NCBI GenBank assembly: GCA_002245135.1
Contig: NGBS01000608.1
Span: forward strand, 1 to 64,000
Source of the DNA: Proteromonas lacertae
Lineage: Eukaryota
DNA: 64,000 nucleotides
Direction of reading: 5' to 3'
The notes under the pieces were generated by a model, which ran no database searches, had not been told where the DNA came from, and was given only the letters and a program-made list of their open reading frames with translations. Shown in pieces: positions 42,617-55,367 of this stretch (the stretch's first letter is position 1; each line of letters begins with the position of its first letter). The position numbers were made by a program, and so were the translations under genes.

Positions 42617-45600
42617 TCATGCCTCTAAATCATTAGGAATAAAATTTTTAAGCCATTCTGGATAGAATTTCATACTTCTATCATCTACTTCATTTATACT
42701 TACTGTTTCATTGGGACTGATGAAGAATAAACCAAATGGACTTTTCTTTGTAACACGTGTAGTATTGCTAATATCATTTATGTGATTATAGTGTTTGTAT
42801 ACATGTTGTAGTATTCTAACCATCTCGGGTGAAAAAGTATGGCTATTACTAATCGTAAGTTGAATACCAAAAGGACCAATCATTCCGTCAATATCGGGGA
42901 AATTTGTTCTGTAACTTAAGTCTAGTAAGTACATCTTCCCTTTTTCTTCTATTTTCTCTTTAATTTCATCATCATTTCTCACTGCAACCACTTCTATTTT
43001 CTTTTCACTTGTTGAGAATTCTTTTCTAATATTCTTTTTATCTTCTCTATTTATGCCAATCACATCTACATATGTATCTTTTAAACTCTTGTTTTCACTA
43101 CACATTCTATTAAAAACTAAATTCATAAAATTATTATCTACTTTCATTAAATAAAATACAATATTCTCATATAAGCATCCTTTTATACTTTCATTTCTTA
43201 ATGTTAACAATAAATCTATCATTTGTATACATTTTTCTTTTGTTGTAATTTTAAATATAGATTCTTTCACCATATTTTTTACAGTTTCAGATATAAATGT
43301 TAAGTTATCGTATATTCTAACATCATCTTCATAAGTTTTATAAATAAATATATTGTTGTTGTATTTACCTTCAATTATATCCTTTATTCTAATCTGTTTA
43401 ATTTCATAGTCTATTCCACTCTGATCAATTCCATTATTTCCTATTACACCACCATAATATTCATAGTTGTTCCTGTAATTTTTTCTGATTTTGTTATATG
43501 AAACAAACGAACGTTTATTATTTAGTTTTTGTTGAAGAAATCTATTTTCATCAAATTCTTCCTCTTTTATTAATGACGAATTTAAATGCATTTCTGTAAT
43601 TGCCATATTTGACACATGTACATCTAAATCATGTTTATTCATGAAGCAATTGGGATAATTTCGATATAATTTATATTTTGGATGTTTCAGAATTATCACT
43701 TTTTCCACTTCTTCTTTTGTAAATGGAGGTATATACATCACAAGTGGACATCTTTTACTTTGAAATGCCTTATACTCTTCTTTTGTTTGATCAGCTATTA
43801 ATATTATCATTTTCGCTTCTGGATATTCATCTTCACCAATTACAGCTCCAAGTGAAATAACAATATATGGTTCAGTATCTTTATAGTTATATATATTTTC
43901 TTTTCGTTTTTCTTTATCATTAATTGTTATTATTTTGAAATTTTGATTGTTTTGATGAATATGTTCTTTTAATACAGCTGCTAAGACTGTTTTACCAATT
44001 CTTTCATGACCAAAAATTAAGTAGTTCTTTTGATTTTCATTAGTAAAACTGTAATCATTATTAAAAATAACATCAAGTATCTTTTTATAACAATCTCGCA
44101 TTAAATAAATTCTTATATTATTCTCTATAAATGCTTCTATTTTCTCTGGTTCTTGTACTTTACATAATGGAGGCGGAATTTTTGTATTTAATCTTTCTAT
44201 TAATTCATTCCTACTTCCATTTGCATCTAATCCATTCATTGTTAATATATTCTTTAATTCATCTTCTGTTAAGTTATTGTAATCATAATCCATTTCTTCA
44301 TTGTTATTATATCCTTCTTCTTTTGCTTCTTCTTCTGTTGCTGCTTTTGCTTCTTCTTCTGCTGCTGCTGCTTCTTCTGCTTCTGCTTCTGCTTCTGCTG
44401 CTTTTAATTTATTAATTAATTGCGCCTTGTTTCCATTTTTTGTTAATCCTTTCTTTCCTAATAATTCTTTTAACTGAACAACTGTTAATTCTTCATAATT
44501 AACATTATTTTCACCTCCTACACTTACTATATCAATTTTATCCCCATCTTCTTTTAATATACAATAAACAAATTTGCTATTTTGGTTCTCATTATAGTTC
44601 TATTATATATTATAAGTTATATATAGATAATACTTTTACTGATTCTTCCATTTTATTTTTAGTATCATTATTATCTATAAATGTCTCATTGTTATATAAT
44701 ATTTTTATAAATACACCATTCATAATTAAGTCAAAATAACTATCTTTATCCAATATAAAATAAAGAAAATTCTTTGCACCTACAGGACAGTATAGTGAAT
44801 TCTTTTTCGTTGACTTAAATTGAAAATATTCATCTTTATTCTCAATTTTGATTACTTCTGTTGCTAGTTGATACGCTGTAATTTGTTTCAATGCTACTTT
44901 CTTCATATCCACATCAGCTATGCTACTGTAATTCTTAACTAGATTAAGATATTCATCATTATTTCTAGGAGGATAGAAATTATAAATTATGTAATCTTTA
45001 ACATATTTTGATATAAATTTCAAATGATCTTTGTTTGGTTGATATACATCATGACGTAAAATTTCATTATACATCTTCTTTAAATCATATTTTAATATGA
45101 TATTCGACAAATCTTTTCTTTTTAAATAATTATTATTCTTATAATTATTTAAAAATTTGTCATAACCATCTGAACCTACAACACCTTCTATGAGTTTTGT
45201 ATAATATTTCCAATAATCTTCATTATAATTCTTATTATATAAATAACTGAAGTACACTAACCTGGGAATATTACCATAACGTTTACAAACAAGTTTAAAA
45301 CTATCACTTTTTACATCAACATTATCAAAACCAATACAATTCTTAAACCAATTCTGAATTTCCTTAAATGTTAATGATTGAAAATATAATTCGACTTTAT
45401 ATTCATTCTTTAGATATATATCATTATTCTCTTCGTCTGGAGAACTAATAGAAATAACTGTATTATCATTTTTGAAATGCATATTACAAGTATCCACTAT
45501 TATTATTGCTTTGCTAATAGCAGAAGTATCAATATCACTTAGAGTAAGACAATAACTCATCATTGTCGTATATACCAATCTATAAACTTTTGTTTTTGAA

Positions 45601-46181
45601 TAATCACCATGTTTCTTACCTTTTACAACAAATACACCACCTGTATATCTTTCATTCCAAAATGGATTCTTCTTTAGTTTGTATAATAAAAAATAAATAA
45701 ACGAGGTCTTACCAATACCAGGCTGACCAGTTATTACTGCATTCCAATGAAACTCTTTTTCAATAATTTTCTTTATATCTTCATACATGCTATTATAACA
45801 TTTTCTGATGTAAACTTTTTTCTTAGGAAATTGAAATACATTTACATTAACACTTGAAAATTCCAAATACTCACTATCTGCACTATTATCTTCTTCATCT
45901 TCATCATCATCTTCATCTTCTTCTTCATAATCATCTTTTTCATTTGGTATTTTGGTTAGATTCATAGAATTAATGATATCCACAAAACTATCACTTATTA
46001 TATCTACTATTCTTAGATAGTTATTATCTCCTTGGTTATTACCACCTCCATTTCCATTCATATTCATAACTGGAGTTGTGCCTGAAGCTGTATTTACAAA
46101 TCCACCTGTATGTTCATCTTTACATTCATCTTCAGCTACGTTTTTACCTTCATCTTTATTTATAATAGAATCTTGCTCCAT
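42617..46181 (-). CDS. Crinkler/RHS-type protein: P-loop NTPase - degenerate REase - SAP - SAP - NTPase - PD-(D/E)XK-like REase
   Basis: Phase-0 intron 44600-44633 joins the two ORFs. VYIRKCY..VITGQPGIGKT; SAP motifs LTVVQLKELLGKKGL..NGNKAQLI and LTEDELK..L..NGL..NGSRNELIERL; YLMRDCY..GHERIGKT; NFPDIDG...IQLTISNSH. Confidence 0.75.
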
Positions 46182-46563
46182 ATAATTGTTTAAAGGCTAT
46201 TAAGTGAGATATTAAGGATTATAATTTCAATCAAATCAAATCAAACCTAATTTTATCAGTCAATAGAGAGAGAGAGAGAGATGTTGATAACAAATGAATA
46301 ATTATCTTTTTTCATTAACTTTCTTCGGGTCAATTATTATCTTAAAATAAACTATATTACCACATTGTTATAAAAATATTAACTGATGATACTACTATAT
46401 CATCTTCCACTTCGAATTAAAAATGGTGTAAGGAGTAGAATTAAAGAGTAACACATTCATGTTGTTGATAAAGCATATTCAATTTAATAGCACAAAAACA
46501 CATATTTAAGTATATATATCATAAAAATAAAGAGAAATATTTTTCATTTAATCACAAACTATT

Positions 46564-48032
46564 TTAACTACTCACTCGTTTATTCAGGTTATAACACTCT
46601 TCTTTCATCTCATTCAATATCACATTCTTCTTCGACGTAAAGTAGAATAATAACAAGAATAAAACACAAGCAACTGAAATAAAAGTACTTACAAAGAAAG
46701 GAACTTTATGATGTATAGTATACAATCCACCAAAAATGATTGGACTAATAATTTGACTTAAACATGAAAAGGTATTAATAGTTCCTAGAATCTTACCTTG
46801 ATTCTTACTAGATACAATATGACTAACCAAAACAGAGTAACTTGATACAGTCATGCCAAATCCAAGTTCATGAATTACAGCACCACATAAAACAATTGAG
46901 AATGGAGTAAATACTATTAACATCCATCCAATAATTTGAATCATATATCCTATAAACATTGTATGTCCAATATAAACATATTTACATAATAATGGAAAAA
47001 GAAAAATTTGAAAAATTGTCAATACGCATGAATTGAATGAAGCAACTCCTCTATATATATATATATATATATTTATATTTATTATTATTATTATTATTAT
47101 TATTAATACGCAACAATGATTTGATTATTAGTATAATCATCTTTGATTCTTTTACCTAAGTATGAAGAATTACACATTAATGCAACATTATCACATAATG
47201 ATAATAAACATATAATATACTATAAATAATAAAATATATATTAATAAATATACAATGGATATATTAGTTAAATATTGATTCATATTCTCTTCAGATTTAT
47301 AACTTTCTTGTCTTGATATTTTGGGTAAATATATTTCTATATTTCCACTACTTGCTCTTGGAATCCTTCCAGCTATTGTATCTTCACTGGTTATAACAAC
47401 ATCATCATCTTCATGACTTAATAATCTCATACTACTTCCTATAAAATAGAAGACTAATGAATACTTTGATTATCCATATCGAATTTTGGACTGTCATCTA
47501 ACAGAATTAGATCTATTATAAATATTAATGTATAAACTATTACACACATTAAAAAAGGAATCCAAGTTCCAAAATCATATAAAATACTACTCACAAATGG
47601 ACCTACAGAGAATGCAAGTGTTGAACATCCAATTATTCGACTTAAATATTTTGATTTTTCTTCTCTTTTCACACAGTCGGTTATGTAGGCTTGACAAGAA
47701 ACGATTGTTGTTCCAAAGAAACCTGCGATAAATCGAAATAATATTAAGTAACCAAGTGATGGAGACAACATTTGCGCTACAGCACCTAGTATAGATCCAA
47801 ATAGTGTAATTAAGATCATTCTTTTACGACCAAATTTATCACTTAAGCAACCCATGGGAATGAAACCAATAAACTGTGCTGCTGGATAACATGCAAATAA
47901 AAATGAATAAACTGTTGCATTACCATTACCAGCATAAAATGGTAATAATGGCATAATGAATGATACTGCTGCCATATCTGACACTACAGTTAAGAATATA
48001 AGTACCAAATTCTTTTTAAATTTGTCATTCAT
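46564..48032 (-). CDS. MFS transporter copy 2
   Basis: GCLSDKFGRKR; 3 introns; paralog of copies 1 and 3. Confidence 0.9.
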
Positions 48033-48246
48033 TCTGTTTTTAATAAAGAATCAAATATTTACAAGCTGTACTTCAAGCTTTTTGTTTTAATAAACCTTCA
48101 TATTTCATCTTTTAATTCATATTGAAGTACTGAGACATATTATTGTATATTCATTTTGCCTAATACAAAACTAAATCAATAGAATACATATAATTCAACA
48201 AATATATGATAATAGCATAACTATCCATTTAGTTATATATCCTATA

Positions 48247-49610
48247 TTAACAAGTAACTCCTTTATTCACATTATAACATTCTTCCTTCATTTTATTCAA
48301 TACTTCATTCTTTCTGGATGTATAATAGAAAATAAAAATGAAAAAAACGCAACTTATATTAATCAAGGTAGCAGTAAAGAAAGGAACTTTATGATCAATA
48401 GTATATAATCCACCAAAAATGATTGGACTAATAATTTGGCTTAAAGAAGAGAAAGTATTAATTAATCCCAAATATTTCCCCATATTCTCATTTGAAACAA
48501 GATGACTAACCATAACAGAATAACTGGAAGCTGTCATACCATAACCTAATCCTTTAATTACAGCTCCACTTACCATTAATGAGAATGGAGTTGATAATAT
48601 TAGCACACATCCAATGATTTGAATAATATATCCAATCAACATAAAATGTGGAATGAAAAGAAATTTACATAATAATGGAAATAAAAAGAGTTGAAAAATT
48701 GTTAATACAAAAGAATTGAATGAAGTTAATCCACTATATTTTAAAAATAATAAATAGAATTATACGCAACAATTACTTGATTGTTTGTATAATCATCTTT
48801 GATTCTTTTACCTAAGTATGAAGAATTACACATTAATGCAACATTATCACATAATGATAATAAACATATAATATACTATAAATAATAAAATATATATTAA
48901 TAAATATACAATGGATATATTAGTTAAATATTGATTAGTTTTATCTTCACTTGTTTGATTTGGTATTTTCATTATTTCTTCTTGCTCTTCCTGACTTAAT
49001 AATCTCATACTACTTCCTATTAAATAGAAGAATAAAGAATACTCTGATTGTCTTCATCATATTTTGGACTATCATCCAAATATATTAAATCAATCACAAA
49101 TATTATCCCATAAACTATTGCACACATTAAGAAAGGAATCCATTTGCCATAATTGTATAAAACACTGCTTATAAATGGCCCAATAGAAAAGGAAAGTGTC
49201 GCAAATCCAACTGTACGGCTTAAATATTTTGATTTTTCTTCTTTCTTAACACTATCTGATATATAAGCCATACATGAAACTATTGCTGTTCCAAAACAAC
49301 CAGCTACAAATCTAGCAAGTATTAAATAGATTAGTGATGGAGAGAACATTTGTAATATTGAGCCTATTATAGATCCAAATAATGGTATTAAGATCATTAT
49401 TTTTCTTCCAAATTTATCACTTAAACAACCAACTGGTATGGAACTAATAAACTGTGCTGCTGAATAACTAGCAAACAGAAAAGAATACATTGTGGCACTG
49501 TTATTACCAGCATAAAAAGGCAATAACGGCATTATAAATGACATTGCTGACATATTTGCTACAACTGTTAGAAAAATAAGAATTAGATTCTTTTTAAACT
49601 TGTTATTCAT
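48247..49610 (-). CDS. MFS transporter copy 3
   Basis: GCLSDKFGRKI; same exon structure as the other copies. Confidence 0.9.
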
Positions 49611-49811
49611 TGAATTTTATATTCTGTCAAGCCAAATTCTTTTATGATTTGTGTTTTTCTTATTGTATAGTTCGTATATTATTGCTAGAAGATATTCATT
49701 TATCATGAATTGTAATGTTAATAGCAATGCCCCCATATATTAAAACACAGATAAATCAAATGAACTCTCTAATGAAAAGATGGACATTTAAACGATACTA
49801 TGCTAATAATA

Positions 49812-51269
49812 TTAGACCTTAGCTTCAATTGAAGAAGTTGAGTTGGTTACTTTACTTATTTCAGGAGTAACAGGCGAAATAGGTGACACTAGATTGTCAT
49901 AAGTATTTTCAGGTGATTTAATTGCAGAAATAGAAGAATCTTCATCAGATCTATCACTAGAATCATCAATTTCAATATCACTAAATACAATTTGTCTTGG
50001 CATACTGGACATCCTAGGATAATCTTTCTTATTATTATTATCATCATCATCTTCATTACGTTTCAGATTTTTCGATTCATCAATATCATGAGGAAGAAGA
50101 AATTTATAAGATAGATCAGTACCAAAGGCACCAAGTGGAGCTGTTATTAAAATAGCAAAAACAGTACAACTAATAATCGTTTGGCCTGATGAAATACCTT
50201 TAGCAAGTGGAATTCCTCCAATTGCAGCTTGAACAGTAGCTTTAGGTAAATAAGCGATTATACAAAACAATATTTCCTTCCATGAGAATTTATTACCAAT
50301 TACACTTAAAAATACACCAATGGTTCTAAAGCAAAGAGCTAAAAAGATTGTTGCAATTAATTTACCAGCTATTTTACCTAATCCACTCATGTCAACAGCA
50401 GCACCTACCAATGTGAATAAAATCATTTCAGCAACCATCCACATAGATGTATATCTTTTACTTAATCGATCTGCACATTTAGGGAATAGATTGTGGATAG
50501 TTATACCCATACAAATAACGGCTAGTAATCCAGCAATAGGTAACCATTTTTTAATTGCGTTTTCTAAGGCTACAAATAGAAAAGAAAAGCTTACAAGAAT
50601 TACACACTTTTTTGCATCACCTACCTTCGTTCTTTTGAAGAATAAGGTCAATACATACCCTGTTGTTACTCCTAAGATAACTGCTAGTATTATTGAAACA
50701 GGGATCTGCCATAGTATATTAAAGCTGAAACCATCACCTACAGCTACATCACATAATGCTCCAAATAATACTATTGCATATACATCATCAACACTTGATC
50801 CAGCTATTATTATTTGAGGTATTCCGTGTTTTGTTCCATAATGATTCTCTATTAAATACAGCATTCGAGGTACTACTACTGCTGGAGATACTGCTGCCAT
50901 TACACAACCCATGATAGCACCATGTAAACGAGGAATTCCTACGATATCAGGAGCTACAGCTAAATATCCTAATATTTCACAGGATGCTGGGATAAAACAC
51001 ATCATAATAGCTGATCTTCCTATTTTTTTCAAATCACCTACATCTAAGCTTAATCCACCACGACTTAGAATAATGATTAAAGCCATTTCTCTTAAATCGG
51101 TAGACATATCTAATAGTTCTTTGTTGATTAAATTGAGAGCGTTTGGTCCTAATGCTAAGCCAATACCAATCATTCCCACAAGAGGCGGTAGTTTTACCAA
51201 CGTCAAAACATAGCCAACAATTAGTGAACAAATGAACAGGATGCCTAAGCTTAATAACAACTCAATCAT
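49812..51269 (-). CDS. Cation/H+ antiporter (NHA/SLC9B-like, bacterial type), copy 1
   Basis: AAVSPAVVVPRM, AGSSVDDV, LPKATVQAAIG; intronless. Confidence 0.92.
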   Translation of the reverse strand: MIELLLSLGILFICSLIVGYVLTLVKLPPLVGMIGIGLALGPNALNLINKELLDMSTDLREMALIIILSRGGLSLDVGDLKKIGRSAIMMCFIPASCEILGYLAVAPDIVGIPRLHGAIMGCVMAAVSPAVVVPRMLYLIENHYGTKHGIPQIIIAGSSVDDVYAIVLFGALCDVAVGDGFSFNILWQIPVSIILAVILGVTTGYVLTLFFKRTKVGDAKKCVILVSFSFLFVALENAIKKWLPIAGLLAVICMGITIHNLFPKCADRLSKRYTSMWMVAEMILFTLVGAAVDMSGLGKIAGKLIATIFLALCFRTIGVFLSVIGNKFSWKEILFCIIAYLPKATVQAAIGGIPLAKGISSGQTIISCTVFAILITAPLGAFGTDLSYKFLLPHDIDESKNLKRNEDDDDNNNKKDYPRMSSMPRQIVFSDIEIDDSSDRSDEDSSISAIKSPENTYDNLVSPISPVTPEISKVTNSTSSIEAKV

Positions 51270-51839
51270 TTTATAAATTGTGATTGAAATTTGATTCGCT
51301 GTTTGATATTATCAGTTGTTCTATAAGAAATTATTTAAACAAGGTTTCTTTGCGTCATAAGTATTAGTAATTATATTTATGCAATTTTACAGAAAAGAAA
51401 AAATTAAAAAGGCTTCTAATTAAAATATTGAAGAATTTAACTTAGTTTCATTCTATAACTGACAGAATGAAACATATGGTTAGAATCACTAAGATTATTT
51501 CATCAAAATACCTTAAAGTATGTTATTTGTGTTGTTATGAAAAAAATAATGATCAAGCTTTTTAATCAAGCCTGATTTTGTTATTGTCAATAATATCTCA
51601 TCATATACATCATATGGAATGATGAAATGTATATCTCGCTATATATACTACAAAATAAATTAATATACCCCCTATAACAATAGAATAGGCAAATAAAATA
51701 ATTATAAATATTAAAACAAATCTATCTAAATGATGCAATACTAATATTATTAAATTGAAGTATCTGAAAAAGGAGTTATATTCAATAGCACAATTCAACT
51801 AAAGATAATAAGGTAAAAGTAAACTTTACATTGATAGAG

Positions 51840-53165
51840 TTACTGTACATGTTTTGGATCTTCATCATTATACGTAATTTCAATGTCACTAAACACAATC
51901 TGCCTAGGTAAGCTTGAATTTCTTGAATTATCACTTTTCTTATCATTGTCATCATCATTCTCATCATTAGATTCATCAATATCATGCGGTAGTAAATATT
52001 TATAAGATAAATCAGTTCCAAAAGCACCTAATGGAGCTGTTATAAAAATTGATAATACAGCACAACTCAATATCTCTTGACCTGAAGACACACCTCTATC
52101 CAATGGAATTCCACCAATTGCAGCTTGAACAGTTGCTTTTGGCAAGAAACCAATAATACAAAATATTACCTCCTTCCAGGATAACTTATTACCAATTACA
52201 CATATTACTGTTCCTATTGATCTGAATATAAGAGCTATAAATATAGTTGCAATTAATTTACCAGCTATTTTACCTAATCCACTAACATCAACAGCTGCAC
52301 CTACCAATGTGAATAAAATTACTTCAGCAACCATCCACATAGTACTATACTTCTTACTTAATCGATCTGCACAATCTGGAGATAAATAATGTATAGCTAA
52401 TCCCATACATATTACAGCTAGTAATCCAGCAATAGGAACCCAATCTTTAACAGCATTTTCAAGTGCTGCAAATAAAAAAGAAATGCTAATTAATATAAAA
52501 CATTTTCTAGAGTCACCTATATCTGTTTTTTTGAAGAATAATGTTAATATATATCCCACAAATACACCTAATATTAGTGCTAATATTATTGAAACAGGGA
52601 TTTGCCAGAATATGTTATAACTAAATCTATCACCAACAGCTACATCGCATAATGCTCCAAATACTACAATCGTAAATACATCATCAACACTTGATCCAGC
52701 TATTATTATTTGAGGTATTCCGTGTTTTGTTCCATAATGATTCTCTATTAAATGCAGCATTCGAGGTACTACTACTGCTGGCGTAACAGCACCCATTACA
52801 CAACCCATAATAGCACCATGTAAACGAGGAATTCCTACGATATCAGGAGCTACAGCTAAATATCCTAATATTTCACATGTAGCAGGAACAAAACACATCA
52901 TAATAGCTGATCTTCCTATTTTCTTCAAATCGCTTACATCAAGACTTAATCCGCCATTTGTTAATATTATAATCAAAGCTATGTTCCTTAAATCAGTAGA
53001 TATATCAAGTATTTCTGTGTTTATCAAATTGAGTGCATTGGGTCCTAATGCTAAGCCAATACCAATCATTCCCACAAGAGGTGGTAATTTTATCAACATT
53101 AACACATAACCTAATGCCATTGAGCAAATAAACAGTAAAGCTAGACTTAATAACACTTCTATCAT
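51840..53165 (-). CDS. Cation/H+ antiporter, copy 2
   Basis: Tandem paralog with the same motifs. Confidence 0.92.
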   Translation of the reverse strand: MIEVLLSLALLFICSMALGYVLMLIKLPPLVGMIGIGLALGPNALNLINTEILDISTDLRNIALIIILTNGGLSLDVSDLKKIGRSAIMMCFVPATCEILGYLAVAPDIVGIPRLHGAIMGCVMGAVTPAVVVPRMLHLIENHYGTKHGIPQIIIAGSSVDDVFTIVVFGALCDVAVGDRFSYNIFWQIPVSIILALILGVFVGYILTLFFKKTDIGDSRKCFILISISFLFAALENAVKDWVPIAGLLAVICMGLAIHYLSPDCADRLSKKYSTMWMVAEVILFTLVGAAVDVSGLGKIAGKLIATIFIALIFRSIGTVICVIGNKLSWKEVIFCIIGFLPKATVQAAIGGIPLDRGVSSGQEILSCAVLSIFITAPLGAFGTDLSYKYLLPHDIDESNDENDDDNDKKSDNSRNSSLPRQIVFSDIEITYNDEDPKHVQ

Positions 53166-53332
53166 GATGTTTTTATTTAGTGAATATAACTGGATGAAAT
53201 GTTCAGCTAGTTAAATAAAATTATTGCCACAGTTGAGTATATGTATAAGTAAATAGAATGATGTAAAAAAGTTACAAACATAACAGATGAACAATCGAAA
53301 ATATCAATTTATTTTTAAAATAACAACAAAAA

Positions 53333-55283
53333 TTAATTTATTACAGTAGCACCAACTCCAATAATCTCGTCAGGATTAACTAATTGAACAGGACTATAAT
53401 TCCTACTGATTATATCTCTAATAAATCTAATCCTCCCATATTCTCCACATAGTATGATATTGGTAATTTCATTCTTTAAAACAGTGCATTTTCCATTTCC
53501 CACCGTACATTCATTCAATTTTTCTAAAAATTGTCTTTTATAATTACTATTGATTGTTTCATATAGTGAATAACTCATTTCACTTTCTACATCATATATT
53601 TCAAATAACGAATTAATAAAATTAAATTGCTTACTGGCTAAACTATAAAAAGATTCTCTACATTCAATTATTTCACTTTCTAAAGATTCAAGCTTATGTT
53701 TGATGGAATTATTATTTTCTATTTTACTTTGTTCTAAACCATTCTGAATGAATTGATTTACATAGTAATTATAAATATTATTATCAATTAATTTTCCACT
53801 TAAATTAGTTATTTCTCCACTATCATATAATATATCACATTTCAAATCAATCACATTGATAATTGTTATATTTACTCTATTCTTTTCAATTATTATAACA
53901 ACATAAATTCCATTTTCTATTTTTTGATCTAAGTTGTAATAATATCCAGCAATTGCTGCAAGTGGTTCTTTGATAATTCCACGAAGAAATAATTTACTTT
54001 CTATTTCATAAAAATATAAAAATATAAAAATATAAAATATTATATATATATTTATACTATATAAATTCAATGATTCTGCCATTCCTCCTATTTGCTCTTT
54101 ATTAAAATAACTTGGTACAGTAATATTAATATCTCTCAAATGAAACTCACTAAATTTCATTGAATATTTCACCATTTCACATAATAGTATGTTATATAAT
54201 GCAATAACATCATATTTCACCTCATGGTCTTTATCTTCATTTATTATAATTTCAGGATATTCTCCATTCTTAACAATTTTGAAATTCCATTTATTTAATT
54301 CATTCTCTATATCTACATATTTTTTACCAATTAAATGCTCTAAATCATAAATTAATGGATTATCTAATTTATGCTCATTATAAGCACAATTTCCAATCAA
54401 CCAATTATTTTTAGTTTTACTAAATGATAGATAAGAACGTAAGTATATATCATTATTTATTGGTAAACTAACTACTCTACCTTGCTTCCATATTCCACTT
54501 AATATATAATCTAAAGATATATGACAACCGATTCTACCTTGATCTGGACTGATGACGAGATTCTCTTTTAATAGATTGCTACAGTCGGAAGTGATGGAAC
54601 GTGATTGGAGGAATCTTATACCAGTGTGACGAATTAATGGAGTTGTTGGTAATCTAAAACAAAATAAGAATTATAAAAAGTGTTTAGAAATTATATATAT
54701 ACTCAGGAGCATTTGCATCTACAGTAATATGAAATTCATTCTCTCTATCTGAGAATACATATTTAATTGTATAATTATTGACAGATGTATAAAACAAAGG
54801 AGGTCTTTCAGCTGGTAATTCAAACATTTTTAGAATAATACAACTTGAGAGTTGTTTGGATATATATGGCATCATCTATTAAATTAAATTTAAAAATATT
54901 TAAAATATACTAACTGTAAATATCTCTCTTTATCATGCTCTGTCTTGTCTGAAGTGTAAAATCCAAGAATATTAGTTTCTTTCTGTAAAGTCTTCAAATA
55001 TTTTTTACATTCTGAGTCTTTGTCTCTACGATCGTTCGGAATATTGTAACCTATGTTGATTATCTTCTTTTCTTGATCAATATTGCCAGTAATCACTCCA
55101 AGAATTGAGCAGTGTATATCAAGGCTTAAAGCTTCCAAAATGTCTTTATGAATCTTCTCCATCACAATCTAATTTTAGATAATTTGCCTATACTGTTGTA
55201 ATTTTTATTTGATATGTTTTGATTTCTTCTTCTGAGAGCACATCATCATCTGGACTTGGTATAATAATATCATCAGAAGACAT
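53333..55283 (-). CDS. MPN/JAB-like N-terminal region fused to a divergent Hsp70 nucleotide-binding-domain-like region
   Basis: Four GT-AG introns give one reading frame. ILGVITG...NILGFYTSD; then IGCHISLDY, ITVPSYF, IIKEPLAA, LSGKLID, IILCGEYGRI, NPDEIIGVGA. Confidence 0.65.
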
Positions 55284-55367
55284 TATTATGATAAAAAGTC
55301 AAATTTTTGAAAATCTCAAACTCCTCTCAAACCTAAAAAAAACTAGTTGTTGAGTTTTTTTCTAAAC

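Noticed and set aside
42534..42625. Coding-looking alternative frame past the nuclease gene stop (RHDEKVILNALAKDKARTVCITFEELSQIC*)
   Set aside because: No splice solution found. It may reflect an indel error but cannot be supported here.
44131..44415. Poly-Leu ORF on the plus strand
   Set aside because: Antisense shadow of the E/A-rich linker between the SAP domains.
46265..46281. (GA)n tract upstream of the nuclease gene as an element terminus
   Set aside because: No counterpart at the other end; an ordinary microsatellite.
50320..51231. Antisense and alternate-frame ORFs over the antiporter (likewise over 30.5-37.8 kb, 1.7-4.2 kb and 56.2-56.7 kb)
   Set aside because: Shadows of real genes with biased composition; no motifs.
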